A stretch of DNA of 64,000 bases from Candidatus Peregrinibacteria bacterium GW2011_GWC2_39_14. Its GTDB lineage: Bacteria; Patescibacteriota; Gracilibacteria; UBA1369; UBA12463. The stretch spans positions 10,514 to 74,513 of the forward strand of contig LBWJ01000008.1 of the NCBI GenBank assembly GCA_000993595.1, given 5' to 3'. The notes beneath the pieces were generated by a model. That model saw nothing but the letters and a program-made list of their open reading frames with translations. It was not told where the DNA came from and made no database searches. Positions 48,690 through 57,240 of the stretch are shown here, piece by piece (position 1 is the first letter of the stretch; every line of letters begins with the position of its first letter). The position numbers were made by a program, and so were the translations under genes.

Positions 48690-49976
48690 TTACTTCTTGT
48701 ATCTCCCAATCGCAAGCGCCAATTCTTCATGATCTTTTGCGTATTTCTGCACGCTCACGCCTTTTTGCCATGCTTCACAGGCTTGGACCAAAGCGGTCGC
48801 GCCACCTTTCGTTCCCATCGGATGCGCATGTACGCCACCACCCATCGTTGTGATGAAATCAACATGGCCAATCGCTTTTATATAAGGAGCAAGAAGTAGA
48901 GGATTCAAGCCTCCGGACGCAATTGATACACAGCCTTTCATGCCATGCCAATCTTGTTCAAAAAATTCACCTTTAACTTTTGGTTGATATGCGGCATATG
49001 CGGCAAAAATGTCTTCCTCTGCGGTTCCAGCCATTTTCCCAATTCCTGCGGTTCCTGTGTGTACTCCTGATGCACCTGCAAGTCTTGCGAACTTACTCAA
49101 AACGCCGGGCGTAAATCCAATCGGATTTTCAGCTCTTGTGAAAGCGCCATGCATGGCTCTATGAAAATGCAGAAACACTTTTGGCCAAAGTCTGCGAGCG
49201 GTTTGAACAGAGGTCCAACCTGCCGTAATTCCATCAACTAAAAAGCAAAACGATCCCGGACGCATTTTTTTGATGATATATTCTGCGCGTTTTTTCATCG
49301 TATCAAAGTCCGCACCGGAAATATTAAACGAATGTAACTTTGCATGACCGGTTTCATCTTCCGCGCGATTCATTGCATCGCGAATCTTATCAACGGTTTT
49401 AAAATATGGACAGAAATCCTGATCAGCCTGCGGCTCATCGTGTTTTACAAAATCACCGCCACCAGCCCAGAATTGATAAGCTTTATCTGCAAATTCTTCG
49501 GGTTTAAGTCCGATTTTTGGTTTAATAATTGTTCCAAGAATTGGTCTGTTATAAACTTTCAAATATTTTCTCGCCTCAGGAAGAGAAGTGCTAGGACCAT
49601 CATATTTTTTAAGCATCTCTTTCGGAAACCAAACGTCAAGAAGTTTGAGAGCGATAATGTTCGACATTCCAAAAACATTTCCCGCGATATAAGTTAAAAT
49701 ATTTTGCACGTTTCCTCCGCGATCAAAAATCCTCCAAGGAAATGCAATCCAAACCAAGCTTCTTTTTTTATCAACTTTATAAACCTGAGCATCAAGCCCC
49801 GCAGAGAATTTTGTAGTTGTAACCTTAACATTTGAACCGGTGCTGGATTCTGCAGCGACTTCACTTGCCGCATCCAAAAGATCCGTGCCTTTTTCCGGCA
49901 CAAGATGATAGACCGTAAGCAAATAATCACCTGAATAAGGATTTTTCAGGTTCAAATTAATATACTCCTTCTGCAT
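48690..49976 (-). CDS. ribulose-1,5-bisphosphate carboxylase large subunit, Form II or II/III-like
   Basis: AESSTG, GNVFG, GTIIKPKIG, GGDFVKHDE, HFHRAMHG, HTGT, GKM, SGG, GGG: catalytic residue set present. Confidence 0.92.
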   Translation of the reverse strand: MQKEYINLNLKNPYSGDYLLTVYHLVPEKGTDLLDAASEVAAESSTGSNVKVTTTKFSAGLDAQVYKVDKKRSLVWIAFPWRIFDRGGNVQNILTYIAGNVFGMSNIIALKLLDVWFPKEMLKKYDGPSTSLPEARKYLKVYNRPILGTIIKPKIGLKPEEFADKAYQFWAGGGDFVKHDEPQADQDFCPYFKTVDKIRDAMNRAEDETGHAKLHSFNISGADFDTMKKRAEYIIKKMRPGSFCFLVDGITAGWTSVQTARRLWPKVFLHFHRAMHGAFTRAENPIGFTPGVLSKFARLAGASGVHTGTAGIGKMAGTAEEDIFAAYAAYQPKVKGEFFEQDWHGMKGCVSIASGGLNPLLLAPYIKAIGHVDFITTMGGGVHAHPMGTKGGATALVQACEAWQKGVSVQKYAKDHEELALAIGRYKK

Positions 49977-50013
49977 GTGTGTGAGGGTTAAATTTTAATT
50001 TTATGTAATTGTA

Positions 50014-50343
50014 TCAAAAATCGTGGTCAAATTCAAAGATGTAAAACCAATTAGACCTGAGGCTGAACTTCAAGATGCCAAGATAGCACATCAGTTGACG
50101 CTTAAAATCAGCAATTGCTTTATCTCTTGAGCGGTAAAGTAAAAAGAAAATATCGTTTTTATTTGTGTTTATGAAAAATGCAATTTTTCTTTCACCCGTC
50201 TTGGTTGTTACATATATTTTTATCAATTCAATAGATTCAGCAGGGCTATTTGACGCATATTCATAAGCTATTTTTGCTATGTTATATATATCATTTTCCA
50301 TATTTTCTCTTTTAACCAAGGCCTTAGAGAATATAATTCTCAT
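50014..50343 (-). CDS. hypothetical protein, possible toxin partner
   Basis: Small protein starting 11 nt after the upstream RHH-like gene. Confidence 0.5.
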   Translation of the reverse strand: MRIIFSKALVKRENMENDIYNIAKIAYEYASNSPAESIELIKIYVTTKTGERKIAFFINTNKNDIFFLLYRSRDKAIADFKRQLMCYLGILKFSLRSNWFYIFEFDHDF

Positions 50344-50354
50344 ATTCAATCTTT

Positions 50355-50606
50355 TTACTTTTTTGATTTTTCGTTCCAATTTTTCAATACGCCATTCATT
50401 AAATCCCGCGTTATTCGGTCAACTTTGATTATCTCTCCGCGTATTTTAGGGTTAACCCTTGCGCCAATTTTTATTTCTCCGATCGCATAGTCGAGCAGCA
50501 AAATTCTCATTACAGAGCTGACAGACGTTTTATCTTCCTTGGCTCTATTTGAAGCCATTTTTAGAAGCTCCGAATCAATAGAGAGGGACGTCCTTGTTGT
50601 TTTCAT
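50355..50606 (-). CDS. ribbon-helix-helix (CopG-like) protein, possible antitoxin
   Basis: MKTTRTSLSIDSELLK.A..RAK....SVSSVMR.LL. Confidence 0.7.
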   Translation of the reverse strand: MKTTRTSLSIDSELLKMASNRAKEDKTSVSSVMRILLLDYAIGEIKIGARVNPKIRGEIIKVDRITRDLMNGVLKNWNEKSKK

Positions 50607-50798
50607 GTTCGTATGGGTTTTATAGCATTTATATATAAAATTTATATAAAACGTATGTATAGTTGATATAATTTACATACGGGTTTAAAAAAGAAAACAA
50701 GCCAACTTATTTGGCTCATTTTACGGCAACAACATTAAAAATCTCTAAAAGTTTTTTAACTTTATCTTAAATTTTTTCTAAACTTTAATGCGCGCCGG

Positions 50799-51722
50799 CT
50801 AGAGCGACCTTGTATATTTAAATGCCGAATAACTTGCCATCACAGCCTGCGCAGAGCCAAGAATTGCTTGTTTGACTTCGATGTCCGTGCAATCGCCGGC
50901 TGAATAAACGCCCGGCAAATTTGTTTCGCTTTTGCGATTTACAATAATTTCGCCTCTTTCGTTCAAAGTGACTCCAAGATCTTTCGCAATTGCATTCATT
51001 GGTTCGGTTCCAATCGCGACAAAAACTCCATCGGTTACAATTTCTTTTCCGGATTTAAATTTGATTTTTTCAACTTTGCCGCCGGCTTTCGGATCTCCGC
51101 CAAGAACTTCCGCGACTTCTTCTTTATAGATCATTTCAATGTTTGGAGTTTGTTCCAAAAGTTTGATGTTCGCAGGTTCGGCCCTAAGAACGCTTCTGAC
51201 AATCACATAGATTTTTACGCAATGCTGAGCCAAAACAAGCGTGTCCTTAACCGCCGCGTCTCCGCCGCCGACAACAACAACGGTTTTTCCTTTATAAAAA
51301 TTTGCATCACAAAGTGCGCAATAGCTAACACCTTTTCCGCTGAATTCTTTTTCACCGGGAACGTTGAGTAATCTATGTTTTCCGCCTGTCGCAAACATAA
51401 TCGTATAAGTATCATAACTTCCGCTCGTAGTTTTTACGCGATATGCGTCTTTTTCGTCTTCACTTTTTATTTTCTCAGCAGAAACAACTTCTTCATATTT
51501 AATTTCCGCACCGCTTCCTTGTGCATGTTCCATCAAATTATTTGCCAAATCAATTCCATCAATGGATTTTTCTCCGGGCCAGTTTTCGATTGCATGAATT
51601 GAAGTCAAAAGTCCACCGGGCATAAGGGCAAGCACAAGCGTTTTCATGTTCATACGCGCAGAATACATCCCGGCGCTCAAACCGGCGGGTCCACCACCAA
51701 TAATAATTATTCCGTAAGTCAT
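50799..51722 (-). CDS. trxB: thioredoxin-disulfide reductase
   Basis: IGGGPAG, GVSYCALCD (CxxC), VGGGDAA, T..PGVYSAGD. Confidence 0.92.
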   Translation of the reverse strand: MTYGIIIIGGGPAGLSAGMYSARMNMKTLVLALMPGGLLTSIHAIENWPGEKSIDGIDLANNLMEHAQGSGAEIKYEEVVSAEKIKSEDEKDAYRVKTTSGSYDTYTIMFATGGKHRLLNVPGEKEFSGKGVSYCALCDANFYKGKTVVVVGGGDAAVKDTLVLAQHCVKIYVIVRSVLRAEPANIKLLEQTPNIEMIYKEEVAEVLGGDPKAGGKVEKIKFKSGKEIVTDGVFVAIGTEPMNAIAKDLGVTLNERGEIIVNRKSETNLPGVYSAGDCTDIEVKQAILGSAQAVMASYSAFKYTRSL

Positions 51723-51738
51723 GTTTGTTTATTAAGGA

Positions 51739-51969
51739 TTACTCAACCAAAATCGCACGCGTTGGGCATGAATCGACTGCTCCTTGTACGCTTTCCGGCG
51801 TATCATCAACGTCAGTAAAATTTACCCAATCATTAGAAGTCGTTCCGTCTTTTTTTAAGACAGCTGATTTGCCGGTTTCGCCGATTTTAAAGACTTTTGG
51901 GCAAACCGCAGGGCACGTTCCGCATCCAATGCAGAGGTCCACGTCTACTTTAACTTTTGTGAATGTCAT
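51739..51969 (-). CDS. ferredoxin (single cluster)
   Basis: CIGCGTC..CP and C-terminal SCPTRAI. Confidence 0.92.
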   Translation of the reverse strand: MTFTKVKVDVDLCIGCGTCPAVCPKVFKIGETGKSAVLKKDGTTSNDWVNFTDVDDTPESVQGAVDSCPTRAILVE

Positions 51970-51986
51970 ATTTTAAATTAATAATA

Positions 51987-52016
51987 GGGGACAGTACTCT
52001 TTAGAGCCCTGTCCCC
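51987..52016. repeat. GGGGACAG...CTGTCCCC palindrome
   Basis: 8-bp inverted repeat with an inner CTCT/AGAG hairpin; half-sites also at ~35767 and ~29435. Confidence 0.55.
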
Positions 52017-52022
52017 CTCATT

Positions 52023-52883
52023 TTAACAAAATTCCACCGTCTTTAGCAAATGTTCAGTTGCGCTCGGTCCAATCAAGCGTTTTTTATTTTTATAAACGCC
52101 AAGTGGGTATTTTGATTTCAAAATCTCGCCCGCAGTAAACGGCGTTCCAATTCTTCCATTCAAAAACATTTCATCGTTTCCGCCTTTTTCCGGCTGATCT
52201 CCGACTGTGATAATTTCTCTATATTTAGCCGAAAACTTCATTTTTCGATTTTTCTTTAGATATTCACCAAATTTTTCTATTCCGGTATCCTTATCCGCAA
52301 TTTTTGGAATAATTATTATTCCAAGTTTTGAATTTATCACCTTTAATTTATTCGCTCCGGCGAATTTCTTAAAAATCTTTTTTATGCCATCATCAAGCAC
52401 GTCGCACCTTCTTGCGATTTCATCGTTATCGACAATTTTATTATCCGCATTTTCATAAGAAGGTTGCATCACCAAGCTCGATTTATTATATTGAAAATCC
52501 TCTCCGTGATGCCCGATAAGCCCTTTTAATTTTGCCTTGATTGTGCGCGTGAGTTTTGCCTTATTAATCGACTTTTCCGGCCATTTAACGCGATAAAATT
52601 CCACCCATTTATTTTTCTTCAATTCAAATCCCGCGCACCCGTTTTCAACAATCAAAACCCACCCCATTTTTTCAAACTTTTTTCCAAAACACGATTGCAT
52701 TTTCGGATATGCGGTTCGAAAAGGTCTCGCTGTGCAAAGCGCCAAAGGTACAGTTTTCGATAAATTCTCCAAAGTTTTTATAAGTGAACCCGGAACAGAG
52801 GATTTTGGCGTCCTTTCGGTCAAAGTGCCATCAAAATCAAACATTGCGGCACGAAATTTCTGCCTATTTTGTTGTTTTTTCAT
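52023..52883 (-). CDS. HAD-superfamily subclass IIB hydrolase (phosphomannomutase-like)
   Basis: FDFDGTL, CTAR, ENG, DK, GDQ..GGND. Confidence 0.85.
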   Translation of the reverse strand: MKKQQNRQKFRAAMFDFDGTLTERTPKSSVPGSLIKTLENLSKTVPLALCTARPFRTAYPKMQSCFGKKFEKMGWVLIVENGCAGFELKKNKWVEFYRVKWPEKSINKAKLTRTIKAKLKGLIGHHGEDFQYNKSSLVMQPSYENADNKIVDNDEIARRCDVLDDGIKKIFKKFAGANKLKVINSKLGIIIIPKIADKDTGIEKFGEYLKKNRKMKFSAKYREIITVGDQPEKGGNDEMFLNGRIGTPFTAGEILKSKYPLGVYKNKKRLIGPSATEHLLKTVEFC

Positions 52884-52885
52884 AT

Positions 52886-54433
52886 TTAAAACGGTCTTTT
52901 AACTTTAGGAAAATTCAACCATACGCTGATTCCGCACCACCTTGGCCCTTCCGGACATGGGCCTTCTTTCAAGTCCGTCTTGATTCCGCCAAGATTTCGA
53001 GTGAAGCACGGTGGGCCAATATATTTATTCAAATTCGGATGAACTTCGCGCACCTGCATCAATTCGTCCATGGAGGCATCATAAATTTCAGTTTGCGCGT
53101 TAAAGCACGTTCTCATGCGCCATTTATGCATAAAATGAAGCACAGAAGCTGATTCCGTCATGCGCACGTTAACGGCATTTGGAAGCAAATAAACGGTAAA
53201 ATCAGGATTAACGCCATTCGCAATTAATTTATTTTTCGCCTCCCAAAGCAGCTCCATCGTATTTTTATAAATTTCCGCGGCCTCGGCATTTTTCGCAACA
53301 ACCGCAGGAATAATATAATCAGGTTTTTCAGTATGTGTTCTGCTCAACATAATTTTTGATGCCGGCGTCATCCTGTGTCTTTGATTTTGACTATCCGCCG
53401 TATGACTTATACGTTTTTTGAAAGTGTAATTTGCGTGATTCAAGACGCGCATCAAAGGGCTGAGTGTCCAAGAATTTAGCGTATCCAAAAGATATGCGTT
53501 TTTTGCAGGATTCATCACCATTTCAATGGCTTCTGCATCTGACATTTGCGTCTTTCTTAAGCCAAGAACATCACGCACCGCTTGCGCAACGATCGCTTCC
53601 GAATTCGCATCAAAAGAAATCAATTTTGAAATATGCCCGTCCAAAGATTTATCAAATTCCGAAACCCATTCATCGGGATCGGATTCCGGACCAAAATTTT
53701 CCAAAATAACTTCCGGCCACATTGGCTCTTCAGGAATTTTATCAATAAAATCCGGTTCCACTTTTTTCACTTCTTCAACCATTTTTTCAACCACAAGTCG
53801 CGTTTCATAAGGGCAATCTCCGGTATTCGCCATCCGAATATATCTTTTCAAAACAATTCCGGAAATCGTGTGATAAAGGGCAGTATTGGCCGCAATTGGC
53901 AAAACGTATCTTGCATTTTCAATGGATTTTTTCTCTGAATCGGTTTTAATTTGCTTTTCATTTTGACCTTTTATTTTTCCAATACTTTCCATCAAGCGAA
54001 AATTATTGGCGTTCATGAGTTCCCAAATTTTTGCATAAGAATCATAAGATTTAGCAACCGCTTCTTTATAAATTTTCAAATTCTCTCCTTCAATTGGCGG
54101 AACAAAAACGCTAATTTCTTTCATCGCGACATATCTTTGGCTTTGCTGTTCGGAATTATAAAAAGGATGGTTGTGCAAAAACGACCAAACAAATTGTCGT
54201 GAAACATTACTTAAGCCAAAAACAAAAGTAGGATGCGTGAAAGGCGTGTGATGTCCGCTTTCATAAATGCCTTTTCCAATTCTTTCGATATGGTCCGGCG
54301 TAATTTCATTCGGTTCAATCAATCTGGGCGAATAGCACGTGCGTGCGCTCGCCACGGCCAAATTTGTCGCGCCGCTTGTATAAGCCAAGAGCTTGACTTG
54401 CGGAGCTCCTGAAATGATTTGTTTTTCTTCCAT
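52886..54433 (-). CDS. thyX: flavin-dependent thymidylate synthase with tandem ThyX domains
   Basis: SGHHTPFTH, VSRQF, QQSQRYV, ENARYVLP; second domain SHTADSQNQRHR, YLLPNA, RTCFNAQTEI. Confidence 0.88.
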   Translation of the reverse strand: MEEKQIISGAPQVKLLAYTSGATNLAVASARTCYSPRLIEPNEITPDHIERIGKGIYESGHHTPFTHPTFVFGLSNVSRQFVWSFLHNHPFYNSEQQSQRYVAMKEISVFVPPIEGENLKIYKEAVAKSYDSYAKIWELMNANNFRLMESIGKIKGQNEKQIKTDSEKKSIENARYVLPIAANTALYHTISGIVLKRYIRMANTGDCPYETRLVVEKMVEEVKKVEPDFIDKIPEEPMWPEVILENFGPESDPDEWVSEFDKSLDGHISKLISFDANSEAIVAQAVRDVLGLRKTQMSDAEAIEMVMNPAKNAYLLDTLNSWTLSPLMRVLNHANYTFKKRISHTADSQNQRHRMTPASKIMLSRTHTEKPDYIIPAVVAKNAEAAEIYKNTMELLWEAKNKLIANGVNPDFTVYLLPNAVNVRMTESASVLHFMHKWRMRTCFNAQTEIYDASMDELMQVREVHPNLNKYIGPPCFTRNLGGIKTDLKEGPCPEGPRWCGISVWLNFPKVKRPF

Positions 54434-54533
54434 ACGCAGACATTCTATACAAAGAAAACGGGTTTGACACGCACTATAGATTGTAAAACAGCCCAATTTT
54501 TGATATAATATACAAATAATAAAAACAAAAAAA

Positions 54534-56333
54534 ATGGCGCCAGGATCATCATTGCCAAAAGGACCGGGTAGTTCTGCTGAAAGCGTAACACCGGGAAGTG
54601 AAACTCAAGAGGTATCACAGCTTTCGCAAGAACAAAAAGAGCAGATGGAAAAAGAAAAAAGTCGCAAAGAACGATTGCGTTTGAGCGTGGAAATGGAAGT
54701 TGACCGTCTTCAGAAAGAAATAATTGATAAGCCCGAAGGCGATAAATTGCATTATAAAGAAATAGCGGAGATAAGAAATACAGGCGCGATGCCCGGATAT
54801 AAATGGTTTGATTTTTCAAATGGTGCAGAGATTCCAAATGAAAAAATCGTTGATTGGTTAATGGAAAAAGAAATTGTCGTTTCAAGCGAACACGACGAAA
54901 ATATTAAGAAGTTTACAGAAAGCGTTTCAAAACAAAAAGATGAAGATAAAGCGAAAACAATAGAAGAATATGCAGATGATTCGAAGACTTCAATATTCGA
55001 TATCCAATCCAATCAGCAATATGAAAAAATGTCTGGCGCGTTTACGAAAGGTGAATTTGTTAAAGGTAAAGCTTTGGAAATTGATTTGAAAGGAAACGCA
55101 AAGTTCGAGCTTTACATTGGGCTTGGACATATATTGCCACCTTCAGTCCAAAAGGTGAAAGTTATAGACAATAAGGGCGCAGTAAGAATTGGCTCAAGGG
55201 ATATAAGAGATAAGGTTGGTTATTTTGATGATCAAGGCTACATTCCGGTTTTTAGCGGGTATAAAGTTGAGATTATTGAGACAATAAGCGAGGAAGGAGA
55301 TTTATATAAAGAGCTTCTTAAAAAAGAATCGGATTTTTATAAAGGTCAAAAGGAAATTGCGCAAAACGCAGCATGGAAAGAAGAAACAATCGATCAGATG
55401 CTCAAAGAAGGTAAGGATGAAAATAGCGAATATGTTGCAGATTTCAAAAATATAGAAAAAATTCTTTTAGCCAAAAGGATTAGAATCAACGCTCAGGCTT
55501 TGATGACGGATGCGCAAATTTTGCGCTCATTGAAGGGAAAAGGTTCGGAAAAGCTTGGAGACTGGGATTCGGAAAAAAACGAGATTAAGGATCCGGAAAA
55601 CAAAACATTAAAACTTCTTGAAAGACTTAGCCAAGGCGGATCATTCGGACAATTTGTATTGCTTCAGGGATACGAATTCAAGCTTGGCGACCTGGATAGA
55701 ATTGAGAAATACGCTAATGACGAGCAGTTGATGCTAAAAGATTTTGAAAAAGCATTTGCTAAAAAAGGTGGCTTGCCTATGAGTTTTGAAGAGGTGACGA
55801 AAGAGCTCGTTCTCGGAGAGGGTGCGATGAATTTGAATGAAGTTAGAAATCACCCTCAATTTAGAAGAAGAATGGCTGAAAATGGGATGCCTTTTGTGAC
55901 TCCGGATGATTATATAAACATGTTTAGAAATCGCCCAGGGGTATCACCAAGTCAAATGATGATTAATCCAAACATTTATAGAGATGGAAAAATTCTCGGC
56001 GATCTCATGTGTGCAAGATACGTTTCGGACGTGCTTGGAATTAAGCCCCCGGATTATTCAGCACCATCTTTATTCACAAGGGTTGTAAAAGGAGGTGGAA
56101 AAATTATCCCGGAATCTAAAAACTTAAAGAAAGGAGATTTGATCTTTTTCAGGGGTACATACGGGGACAAGTGGAATACGATAAGCCACGTTGGCTATAT
56201 AATTGACGCCGGAGAAGGGTATGTAACAATGCGACACAATGGTGGACCGGTGAATGGAGTTCAAACAAAAACTATAAGGCTGAACGATCCATCTTCAAAA
56301 AAATTCTACGCAGGGGTGCGCATAGCGAGCTAA
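54534..56333 (+). CDS. large charged protein with C-terminal NlpC/P60-like domain
   Basis: MCARYVSDVL (Cys), GDLIFF, SHVG (His), MRH; no N-terminal signal peptide. Confidence 0.75.
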   Translation: MAPGSSLPKGPGSSAESVTPGSETQEVSQLSQEQKEQMEKEKSRKERLRLSVEMEVDRLQKEIIDKPEGDKLHYKEIAEIRNTGAMPGYKWFDFSNGAEIPNEKIVDWLMEKEIVVSSEHDENIKKFTESVSKQKDEDKAKTIEEYADDSKTSIFDIQSNQQYEKMSGAFTKGEFVKGKALEIDLKGNAKFELYIGLGHILPPSVQKVKVIDNKGAVRIGSRDIRDKVGYFDDQGYIPVFSGYKVEIIETISEEGDLYKELLKKESDFYKGQKEIAQNAAWKEETIDQMLKEGKDENSEYVADFKNIEKILLAKRIRINAQALMTDAQILRSLKGKGSEKLGDWDSEKNEIKDPENKTLKLLERLSQGGSFGQFVLLQGYEFKLGDLDRIEKYANDEQLMLKDFEKAFAKKGGLPMSFEEVTKELVLGEGAMNLNEVRNHPQFRRRMAENGMPFVTPDDYINMFRNRPGVSPSQMMINPNIYRDGKILGDLMCARYVSDVLGIKPPDYSAPSLFTRVVKGGGKIIPESKNLKKGDLIFFRGTYGDKWNTISHVGYIIDAGEGYVTMRHNGGPVNGVQTKTIRLNDPSSKKFYAGVRIAS

Positions 56334-56442
56334 AACTGCGAGTTTCGTTTTTAAGATTTCTAATTTGTTTCGTTTTTCGATTTTCGAATTCCGAAACAGT
56401 GGTGGGCCCGTCCCGACTTGAACGGGAGACCTACCGGTTATG

Positions 56443-57102
56443 CTTATCACTACAACTTTCGTTGCCCCTTTCGGGTTTGTAATCTGGACTATACCTTGTC
56501 GCCAGACCGTTCCGCAAAGCGGAACACAGGTCTATATAAATAAAGGCGACCCTGCCGTCTAGTCTCTACACCTTATCGCCGCGCCGTTAGACGAGCGATC
56601 TTGGCTCGGGATTGCCATTTTTGCTCGAAAGCAATTTTTAGGTTTCCCCGAATTTGACAGGTTATCATTTGAGAATTACTTCTCAAACAGCCCTTGGCTA
56701 TGAATTATGTCGAGCGTATAATATGGTTATGACATTAAAGTCTAACTGTATCATATGTGGTATCAAACTGCATGGTAGGCAAAAAATGTTTTGCTCTATC
56801 GGCTGTAAGAACAAATACCATCAATGTTACGAATCTCAGAAGCGTAGGGGATTTTCAAGAAAATTAAAATTAGTAAGCGATGCAGGAGGCTGTTGTTCGG
56901 CTTGCGGTTATAATAAAAACCTAGCAGCTTTAGTTTTTCATCATGTAGATTCTAAAAAGAAAAAATTCAAGCTTGATACAAGATCTTTATCTAATCGCAC
57001 GCTTTCATCAGTATTAGCCGAAGCGAATAAATGCATTTTGTTGTGTCAAAATTGCCACGCGGAAATTCATAATCCTCACGTCGATTTAAATCCATTGCCT
57101 TA
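56443..57102 (-). ncRNA. group I self-splicing intron (IC3-like), 660 nt
   Basis: Follows exon U33 and ends in G. Core motifs P AAATTCGGGGAA, Q AATCCCGAGC, R GTAGAGACTAGA, S AAGGTATAGTCC. P7 GACTA/TAGTC; IGS GGCTG pairs with exon CGGCU. Confidence 0.9.
56694..56722 (+). promoter_or_regulatory. intron-internal antisense promoter for the HNH ORF
   Basis: TTGGCT-17 nt-TATAAT; in-frame ATG 6 nt downstream (56729). Confidence 0.6.
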
Positions 57103-57103
57103 A
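56729..57103 (+). CDS. HNH endonuclease with N-terminal Zn-finger (putative homing endonuclease)
   Basis: CIICG..FCSIGC; CSACGY..L.FHH.D..K.F; KCILLCQNCHAEIH. Confidence 0.85.
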   Translation: MTLKSNCIICGIKLHGRQKMFCSIGCKNKYHQCYESQKRRGFSRKLKLVSDAGGCCSACGYNKNLAALVFHHVDSKKKKFKLDTRSLSNRTLSSVLAEANKCILLCQNCHAEIHNPHVDLNPLP

Positions 57104-57180
57104 GCCGGCTGCTCTAACCAACTGAGCTACGGGCCCAAGAAATCTTTTTAATGAACAATGCTATATCATTCTATATATGA

Positions 57181-57230
57181 AATTATCAATAATCAATAAT
57201 CAAACGATTTTCAATTATCAATTTTCAATT
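57181..57230 (+). repeat. degenerate heptamer repeat
   Basis: aattatc aataatc aataatc aaacgat tttc aattatc aattttc aatt. Confidence 0.65.
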
Positions 57231-57240
57231 AAAAATACGC

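Larger units (their letters stand above)
56400..57136 (-). tRNA. tRNA-Ile2(CAU) interrupted by a group I intron (exons 57136-57103 and 56442-56400)
   Basis: Spliced: GGGCCCGTAGCTCAGTTGGTTAGAGCAGCCGGCT|CATAACCGGTAGGTCTCCCGTTCAAGTCGGGACGGGCCCACCA. The G1-C72 pair excludes fMet; C4-G69 and C5-G68 fit Ile2. Confidence 0.88.

Noticed and set aside
56654-56728. ORF-track start of the HNH gene at 56654
   Set aside because: This TTG lies in the antisense of the intron core, upstream of a good promoter; ATG 56729 (or 56723) is more plausible.
56400-57136. Initiator tRNA-fMet call
   Set aside because: G1-C72 is paired and the anticodon stem lacks the three consecutive G-C pairs (GGG/CCC) of initiators.
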